20,000 bases of DNA, taken from Catajapyx aquilonaris (Eukaryota). The notes below the pieces were generated by a model. That model made no database searches, was not told where the DNA came from, and was given only the letters and a program-made list of their open reading frames with translations. Numbering within the stretch: the first letter of the stretch is position 1; every line of letters begins with the position of its first letter. Below are positions 8,824 to 17,694 of this stretch, piece after piece. The stretch lies in assembly GCA_000934665.2 (NCBI GenBank), contig KZ537984.1, positions 304,890-324,889 of the forward strand. Direction: 5' to 3'. Both the position numbers and the translations under genes were made by a program.

Positions 8824-11800
8824 TGTGTTCGGTGTGATTGATCTCTGAGTGTAGTCTCGCGTGATCTGAGCTTCTTTCTCCCTCACCTGCTGTCAGCGCA
8901 TGGCTTTGACATAATTGCCCACCGCGCCCCCGTGTGGCCGAACCCTGCCCTCCTCCTATATAGCCACATGAATACACCATGTGCAGGTGAAAAGTTCGCC
9001 CACACATCATCCATAGGAAGAAGCCATACATTTTTGAACCCAGAAATTCTAGGAAAATTCATTTTAATATTGAACCAAACTTTCACTTACATTCTTCAAA
9101 ATCCTATAAAACTGCTTGGGGCTGTACACTACCCAGTTAACCTTACAGTTCCCTGGATACCTAATTGCTCGGGGTAATTGCAAATATTAGCAAAGTACAG
9201 TAGGGCCTAACTGCGTAATGTAACTTAAGCACTTCCAACTTTGAGGAGGGTTTTCGGCAAAAAGCTATATATAAGGAAGAAGCTACTATTGAAGGAGATA
9301 TATGAGAAGCATATTGTTCGGGTGCATTAGGCTGTCAGACGCTTTTGGAGTTTCGGGTTGGTTGATTGACGGGACCGGCCTTCTCTTGCCCTCTTGTTCT
9401 TCAGCTCCACGGGAAAAGTCTTGGGGAACCATGGGATTTATGGCAGGTACTCTAATAACCCAGGTAAATGAACACCGGTTCTTTCGCCCACTCACAGGAC
9501 GTAACATGAGGACCTAATGATTGACTTTTTGACTGAATAGGTCGAACGTAGGAGTGTGCTAATGGTTTCACAGAAAAGTGGCACTATTTTTGACCAAAAA
9601 TGCTCTAAGTAAGTAAAAAAATCACTATATTTTCATCCAACAGGTGATGAAAATTTTATATGGCAAATTCTGCGTGTGCATGAAAATTGATCAACCCATG
9701 AATTTTTGACCAGCTTCTGTACTTGCTCTGTCAACCCATATCTTGCGGATTCTCCCCCACTTGACCATGGTTCTTGGTCGTAACTTGGACCCCGAACCGC
9801 GTTGCCTTCCGAGGGACGGAGTGTGCGGTTCAAAGTTCATGACTGCCTATATCCTATGAGACCGCTTCCAAAACCGACGTTGAGGTAGATGGTATATAGA
9901 GGACGAGGAAAGTTGGTGTCCTACCCCCATGAGTGCTTCCTAACTGCCTGTCGTCGTTTAATGACGTGAATTAGAGGGACCCAAGTCGGAAGCAGCTTGA
10001 CAAAGTTAGTCCAAAGGCCTGCCACGCCTACTCCTAGTTACAAGTACTTTTTCAGCTTTGCAAATTTTCTTGGGTCTGGGTTTTGCGCGTCGAATTTGCA
10101 TACCAAATGCGTGCCTGAATTAGTCATAAAATCTCATCGCCCAAAGGATTCAGCACGTTGTATATTAATTTATTAAAAGTCTTCCTAACCTTTTCAGGTA
10201 AAGTCTGCATTTTAATCTCCAGAAAATTGTGCGGTACAATCCTGTTGAAAATTCAGCAATTGCGTGGACCGTAACACACTAGCGGCCTCTAAATTCTGAC
10301 TGTCTTTTTTTGCTTGTAATTCAGACTGGGTAAAAAACCTGGGCGTTAATACCGCTGCATAAACTGTCCATGTTTCACCGTGACGGATTATAAAAAACCG
10401 TCACGTGCGAGGAGCGCACACGTAAATTGACTAATAACGTAGCGGTCGTGGGGTTGTTATATGCGAGTTGAGCTCCCGGAGCAAAAAGAGAGGGGCCGTT
10501 AAGCAGACGAGGGGACCATGTGTGTGATAGGAGAGAACATTGGTATGCGTGGAAGTCGCCAAGTCTAGGGAAAAGGGGAGGGGGGCAGAGGTCTAATCCA
10601 GGAGTGCGGATTTTGTAGTTTTATCCACCAAAAAAAGGAGAGAGAAAAGAAGTCTTCCCCCCCTTTCGATTGTCGTGAGAGGAATAGTGTAGTTGGGGTA
10701 GCAGACGGCTAACAAGCTGGACTTTCGCTTCAAATGTCGTTGGGGATACCACGACACCTGCAGCCTGCTCCTTTCAGAGGGGGTCTAACCCTCTATCACT
10801 CTCTTCGGAATAACAAATAAGGCCAGAAAGTAATTAATGGACCTTTCCATTAGACCGAGACATACTAGTCAGGAGTGCGGAGAAGACATCCTGTAGAATT
10901 ATTTATGTCCGAGCAAAGTCCACTAAATTAGCCTAAAACATGCATTATTAATAAATTTCCGCTAAGGAATTCTACAAACTGGCTAAAAAAGCGTGGTTAA
11001 TATCCGTGTGATTCTGCACGGTCATCCGCATCAAAAGACAAACTCGAGGTAGAAAATGCGGCTGTCACGACACCTTCTTGTAAAATACCTAAGTGGCTGG
11101 CAAGATTCCCATTGTTTTTTTTGCCGACTCCTTGTCTTTGGCTGGATGACCGCGGATCAAATCCTTTGAAGGTGGGTGGTCTATGAATAAGATGAAAAAT
11201 CGGGGTTGATTTTCGCGACTTGTATAATGTCACACAGGGCGAAACAGGGTTTCCATATAAAGCGGTGAGTTCAGCAGCCCGCATTACATTCTGATGCTCT
11301 GCTGGCATCCTTTACGTCTTTGATATGCTGCCGCACTGATTGCTTGCACTGGGGGTATCTTAATTAAACTTTGGGAAAGCTCACCAATCCCTTTGAGACC
11401 GTACAAGTTCTTGTACATCTGGCGGTAGTCGCAGCCACCGGTACTCTCATTTCCCTGGGTGGAACTTTATTTTTTTTTCTCGGCAGAGTTCAGGGTTTGG
11501 TAAAAGGTGCTATGGATGATATCCTTTTCCTAGCGACTTCAAAGAGGTAAAGGAATAAGGCAACACACCTGAATAATTACAGTGTGTTCCATAACTTGTT
11601 TGGAGCCCTAGGCCTAATCAGTTCTTCAGAGAAGGCTGCGGAAATTACCCGAGTCCAAATTGGTTTTCTATAGGTAATTGGAGGAGGCCCTTCTTTGATA
11701 TTATGCTTGGGTCTCGAAAATTTTCTCCTTGCCCCTCGGAGTTTTGTTTAAGTTGTTTCAAACCAACTCGCAAATACCGTTACCGGCACTTTAATTAACC

Positions 11801-12478
11801 GGGAGGGCGATTAAGAATTGTGTCGCTGAAAGGGTTTGCTGTATAAGTTTATTAGCGAAACGCAAACTTCGTTGCAAGGCATATACTCTGAATAGTAATG
11901 GTATTATTCAGGCAGGCAAATTGGAATGTTACTACTGTACAACTATAGAGGGTGATTGACCCATAAATTATCGATGAAAAAAAATTTCATACACACTTAT
12001 TCGAACAGTTTTGGCGGAAAAAAACTAGTCGTGTTATACATGACGTTTGTGACTGGAACTGTGCGTGGTGGCCAAAAAATTTATAGCTCCTCCACTTGAA
12101 AACAGAAATGTTCCCTCCCGCCGTAATGTATTCGTACAGGATGAATTACAGCGCTACAGACGTTCCGGATATCTTCTCGCGGCGAGGAAGCAACGACCCC
12201 CACGAGGACAGATCTTCGCCGCAGCCTGCAAAAAAAAAGAAGAAGCAAAAGTTGAAGGAATTTTTTTCGAGCGCAAAAAGAGAGTGTGCGCAAACTCGAC
12301 CCACATCTTTTGCTATCCGTCACACACACGTATATATACACACCTCCAGGGAAAGTTTTAAGCACCAGCCTTACTCGCAGAATACTTGCTGCCTGCTGCT
12401 GTCCTCTCTAAGAAAATCAATAGTCCTCCAGGCGATGTCAAAAACAGCGCAAAGTGCGAATTCATGCATGTTCAGATT

Positions 12479-12492
12479 NNNNNNNNNNNNNN
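12479..12492. other. Assembly gap (14 N) adjoining a poly-A run (12493-12508)
   Basis: N characters in the sequence; a further single N at 13492 lies inside a G run. Confidence 0.98.
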
Positions 12493-12823
12493 AAAAAAAA
12501 AAAAAAAACATCGGCGATACGTAACTGTGCACCAAGTTGGATGAACAAATATTGCTAAGTTTTGCGACAAAATATTGTTAATCCGACCAAAGTTGGACTT
12601 TTATGACACCTTTTTTTCCCCCCAGGGGAGTAGTTTTAAGCTGGTCTTTTACCCCTCCGGAGACGGTTGTCAAATCAAACTCCAATTAGGAAGGTAGTTT
12701 GCTGGAGCGCTGGTTGTTTCCTACAGCGTAGTTGTTCCAGGTCTCACGTCCGTACATTTGGGCCGAGAGCCATATAGAAGTGGAAAGGGTTGCCAGGAAA
12801 CTACTTCAACTCTATGGGAGTTT

Positions 12824-12825
<2 letters not shown>

Positions 12826-12856
<31 letters not shown>
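12826..12856. repeat. (GA)15 microsatellite
   Basis: Uninterrupted GA dinucleotide repeat of 31 nt. Confidence 0.95.
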
Positions 12857-12861
<5 letters not shown>

Positions 12862-13629
12862 GGAGGGTAGGAAAAACTTTTCTTCCCTAGAAGTCCCCAA
12901 CGCCCCTAAAAGCAGCAGTGTTGGGTGTATGGGGGTGGGTCGTAAGAGTTGGGCGAAAAGGACTTCAGTTCCAATTGAACCTAAGCCTCATGCCCGTCCT
13001 TTGACGACTTTGGCACGGTCAAGTTCTGAGAGGTGGCTTGCTGATAGCACGACTTGACCAGGCCCAAATGTCGCTCTTTACTTTTCTTTGATTCCTAGGG
13101 TGGTAGGCAGGGGAGGACTGGGGGGTGTCCCCCCCGTCTTTTAACCCTTAGTTGGCTTCAGGCCCTGGAGGCTGCCAAGTGAGAGACGAAGTGGAGTAAT
13201 GTAGCAGTCAGTTGCAATGTCGCTGGGAATTTGTCCGGCTAGTGGGACTTTAACTCGATTACCTCCGCCGGAGATGCACTACTTCCACATCTAGCTGCTG
13301 CTGCTATCGGTTTCTATACTGTTCCCAGGGAGAAAAAAAAACGAACGGAATTTTTAGAAGCCCGCAACATGTGTTAAAGCCGGCTCTAAATGTGACAAGA
13401 CAGATAGGGTGGGTAGCTATTTAATAAATCCTGGTTAACGACGAATATGTCACGAGGGACGCGGTTTGGCGACATGCGAAAAAATCCGGGGNTGGGGGGG
13501 GCGATGTCATTTAATAAACTCGTCTCATTTCCCATATCCTGCGAAAATCGGATAATAAAGAAGGACGAGGGCTTCGTATTTGACGATTCTATTGATTTAA
13601 GCCGCGGTTATTAAGACTAATGGAATTGC

Positions 13630-13908
13630 AGCCCTCGGTACCCACTTAGGGTAATGAGCGCGGAGTGGAAAAAGGACATGAGTGCTTCACACTCACATAC
13701 CCTCACACGTGAGTTGCCACATTTGTGCATGGGGAGGGGTGGGGGGTGGAGACTCACCCCCACCCCCTCAGTAATGGATTTGCGGAAAGAGATATCGCAC
13801 TTTTTCGACACGGGGAAGTGGGCGTGCAGAGTAGTTAGGCCCGCCCTGCCACATGGATTCCCGCTCCCTAAACCCAATTTCACTCCGTGGCTTTGGGCTC
13901 TTTTTTTT
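13630..13908 (+). ncRNA. Putative structured RNA domain (family unassigned)
   Basis: An 11-bp closing stem 13660-13670/13878-13888 with two G-U pairs, several internal hairpins including 13734-13769, followed by T8 at 13901-13908. Judged by eye only. Confidence 0.25.
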
Positions 13909-16900
13909 GTCTGTGTGACATCTGCACCTAGGTGCCTGTGGGAGGGGCTGGTTTGTTTTGGAGGTTTGGTTTGAAAACAGTTTTAAGTTAGGTTTAGTTG
14001 CGGGTTAATTCACACTGTTTTCTATTCTCAACATAACTGGTCCAAGTGGACACACACATCAGCTCATGTTTAGCAGGTAACGAGTATAATTTTCTTAGTC
14101 ATATTCAACCTCGTTGAATAAAATTATTTTTGTAAACCGGTTTCACAAGCGGCCTCCAGCATTTCACACCTCTTATTGCAAGTCGTAATCCAAAAGGTGG
14201 GAATTAATGTAACAGTAACCTTTATACTAGCTTCCTGAACAAACCTCATCATCTTCCGACTCACGGTCCATGAAAATTGCTGATTTGCCAACCGGACCCT
14301 TAGCAAAAGCAATTTGTACGTTTTTGATGCCAATATTTGGGTATTGCGAATTGCAGCATGAGAGGCCAAGGTTTGCCAATTCTCTTGCAAAAAAATTGGT
14401 AAGGCAGACTGTTAACGAGTTTTTATAAAGCAAACAGCTGAAGGGAAGGGTAGCTATATTATAAAAATCACAATGTAAATTTTCTTGGCCTTTGTACCGT
14501 ATGCGCTATGTGGCCCGTGAGAAACAAAAACGCTAGAAGTCCAAAGCTAACAGAATAGAAGCCGTGTGTTTAAATAGCGTAACGAAATAATACAAAAATA
14601 TGGATAACCTTCCCACGTGTAAAAGGACCTCCGAGAAATAAAGCAGACACCGCTCCATCATCTGGACTGCATCAAAGGCATCCAACGAAATTGATGCAAC
14701 CTAATATCATTGAAACGGCTACTCCCTGCAGGGGAAAAGGATTGATTCGGGCTGAAACTCTGCCCTTATTGCACCAAATCTCTGAACACCAAATGAAACC
14801 AATTTTTGTAGTACTCGCGTTACTAAAAAAATACACACGACCTATTTTAAACTAATTTAGAATGTACATAATATCCTCACCATCATACAATATTTGACAA
14901 AACTCATGCACCGATGTTAATTCGACAGGATGCGTCATGCAATTAATATTAACCACTAATTACTGTTTCTGAAATTGGCAGTCGAGCATGGCACTCGAGT
15001 GTGACTTCAAATTCAACCCAACAAAAAAAACCACCCCCGTGATTCAAAGTTCCCTGAGGCCAGGAAGGAAACTGGCTTGTCCCTTTTTCTCGACTGATCA
15101 ATTGGGATCTTAATTTTATGCGTAGTGCCAGGGGGCGGCAATTTATTCCGACTGCTCCCTGCTTATCACCTCTTCGAAAGCACGCTTAGATGGAGGCCTG
15201 ATGCGGACGTATCAAATCACTCAAGGGCACGTGGAAGCTTGATTGCCATTCGCAAAGAGGATGGGGAAAAAAAGATGGCGGAAAAAAGTGCTTGAAATGC
15301 CGGTGGTGGCACGACGCATTTGAAAAAACACGTGAGTCGAATAACCGTTATTTTTATCATGTGCGTCTACCATAGCTTGTACTTAGTTGTCTATCCTTTT
15401 CCGTGTGTTGCTTTTTGAAGCGGTTGAGACTGGCGATATCGAACTGTGGTCTCATGGGCTTAGGAGGAATAGATAAAGGAGAGCCTCACTCTTTGCCAAC
15501 GATTTTCCTGACTTGGGAGTTGTGTCGAGGCTAAATATTTTATAATCGAAATCCTTTGAGTACCAGTTAACTTAACCTTCTAGAAAGCGGTGGAAAACAT
15601 GAGTCCGTGAGCTGAATCTGAGAAGTGTACGCTCGGATGCCCAGCTTATTGCGAGGTGTGAATAAGTGATGGTGCTCAATACTACGATCTGCTAGAGCAA
15701 GTGGCACGTAAACCACAAAGGGATTGTTTCCTTTACTTCAGATTGTTTTTTTTTGCTCTCGATGCGGCGGGGAAAGAATGGAGATTTATTTTGATTTAGA
15801 AGACGTCATATTAGGGAACGACATAAATTAAGGTTTTTGGAGTAAGAAAAAAAACAAATTTCCGCAGATGGATTTCTAAAGTTTGCTGCCCAGACACCTA
15901 GCGCAATAGTTGCATAAATTTCCGTGGCATTCGTTTAAAAAGTGGCCGGGAGCTTTCAGAAACTTTATTCTGGAAATGAAAGGCGCGCATCAATTTTAGA
16001 AAAAAAAAAGTTTCGCCTCTCATATATATATTTTTTGCTCTTAATTCTTTTGGAACAAAGAAAAATGCGGCTGTTTCCAGAGTGAGAGAGCCAGGCCCCG
16101 TTTTCATATTGCGGAATTACAACCCGGTGTTAAATATGCATAGAATACAACTACAGTATGCCTTCAAGATTCGCGCTGTTCTCGGCCTCGGAAAATTTTA
16201 TTGTGGTGAAATATTGGCGTAACCATTATTCCTTAAGCGGGTCTCCCTCTTTAAATGCCTCGCCCGTAATTAGCCCAGGCTTGGGTTTTCCCGATAGCCC
16301 CCTTCTCTCTTCTTGGCCTAATTCTACGGATGCGCCGAGGCATCTCAGTATTCCTAAGAAGCTGGCTAATGCTGTATCACGTCTTCCTATCTAGCGAACC
16401 AAGCAGCAGCAATATTCCGCAGAAATATGACACCCTCAAAAGGCATACGGTATGATAGTACGTATAACTGGCGATAAAGATTGTAGCCCTAAGGAACGTA
16501 TAAGGGAGTTGCGTGAAGAGTGTCAAATAAAGTAGGGTTACCCTTTGGGCGAGCTTAGGAGAATGTGACACAAATTGTGCTTAAGCTAATGATAAGAGTG
16601 GTGGAGGGCAATAATTAAAAGCCGTGTAAATCAGACATCACACGAAAAGGCGACCATTTATCCCATAAACATGCACCAGGAAAAGCTTAAATGTCATGCA
16701 ACAAAAAAACAACCCTGATCGGGAATTAGAACGTGCTTAAGTTAATTCCGGACCTGCAGCTTCCGCATGATTGGACTCGATGATGAAGTGTACATGAGAG
16801 GCCCCCATGGGACACACTGGCCCCTGGGCCGTTGCCTGTTATTCCCCCGAAACCGGGTGCAAGTGTCAGTGAAAAGCGAGCCATGATGTAGTGGCCAGTA

Positions 16901-17632
16901 AAGCCGGACAAAAGGCGAGCCCCTGAGACACTCTTTATGTAGGCGGACCAGTGGAGATGATGACCCAAAAGCTGGCTTGTCACAATAGCTGCAACTGACA
17001 GCTGCAGGATTTTTCCAAAAACCCAGCACGGCTTCAGGGGTGCCAATATAGCAAAAAGTGCTAAAAATTTTCATCCAAAATATTGATCAGTACTCTTTTC
17101 GAACTCGCCAAATTTTTTTCTTTGAAACTGACCCCAGCATATATGGGCTGCAAAATGTGTCGTACGAACTGTAGCATGTAATTAACTCAGCAGGTAATAA
17201 ATCAATGTTGCGGGCAGAGCATCGGGGGACTAATGCACGTAATTATTGTTTTATTCGAAGGCTGGTAAATATTTATCGCACGATGCATGGTCGTGACGCT
17301 TTCGGGGGGAGGCCGTTTATCCTGGAGGCTGGACCTGATAGTTTGTTTTTTTTATAGAACAAAAGCTGGGTTTTTTTTCTGTGTCGGGGTGTCACCAGCA
17401 CTAGCACCGAGTGTGTCCCAGGGTTCATCCTGGGGGTGACCCGTGTGCCCTAATGAGCGTAAAGCTCTTGGATGATGTGAATGCCTTTCGGTGTTTGAGC
17501 ATCATCAATACATAACGGTGCCTGAACAGAGATAACGCTTAAGCCGGACGCTATGCCAGCACCCGATGTCAAAAGCGGCGGCGTCGCTAGGCCTTTATTT
17601 TCTCGCGCCTAGCGATAGTGGGGACTGGGGAA

Positions 17633-17658
17633 AAAATTGGCGATTAAAATTGGCGATT
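17633..17658. repeat. Perfect 13-bp tandem duplication (AAAATTGGCGATT)x2
   Basis: Units at 17633-17645 and 17646-17658. Confidence 0.9.
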
Positions 17659-17678
17659 TATTGCGGTTCAAACGTATC

Positions 17679-17694
17679 GTGTGTGTGTGTGTGT
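17679..17694. repeat. (GT)8 microsatellite
   Basis: Read directly from the sequence. Confidence 0.9.

Noticed and set aside
7877..10258. Exact 14-mer repeat TTGAAAATTCAGCA at 7877 and 10245
   Set aside because: About one such AT-rich pair is expected by chance in 20 kb.
10198..10327. RNase P RNA-like motifs (GTAAAGTCTG and AATTCAGACT)
   Set aside because: They are only about 120 nt apart, the CR-I match is poor, and no P1/P2 helices are evident.
12096..12524. 142-aa ORF with an NLS-like PAKKKKKQK
   Set aside because: The Lys run comes from an A-rich homopolymer, the ORF crosses an N gap, and no domain is recognisable.
12978..13875. Telomerase-template-like words AACCTAA (12978-12984) and CCCTAAACCC (13866-13875) inside the structured regions
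   Set aside because: They are too short to be significant, imply different telomere repeats, the organism's repeat is unknown, and no pseudoknot or promoter was identified.
807..15335. About eight scattered CACGTG E-boxes
   Set aside because: Only a mild excess over expectation and not clustered.
909..16930. miRNA seed-length matches (miR-87-like at 909, miR-124-like at 4831, miR-1-like at 11922, miR-125-like at 16921, miR-10-like ACCCTGTAGAT at 2461)
   Set aside because: Matches end after 8-11 nt without a precursor hairpin, and the 2461 match is explained by the mariner-type terminal repeat.
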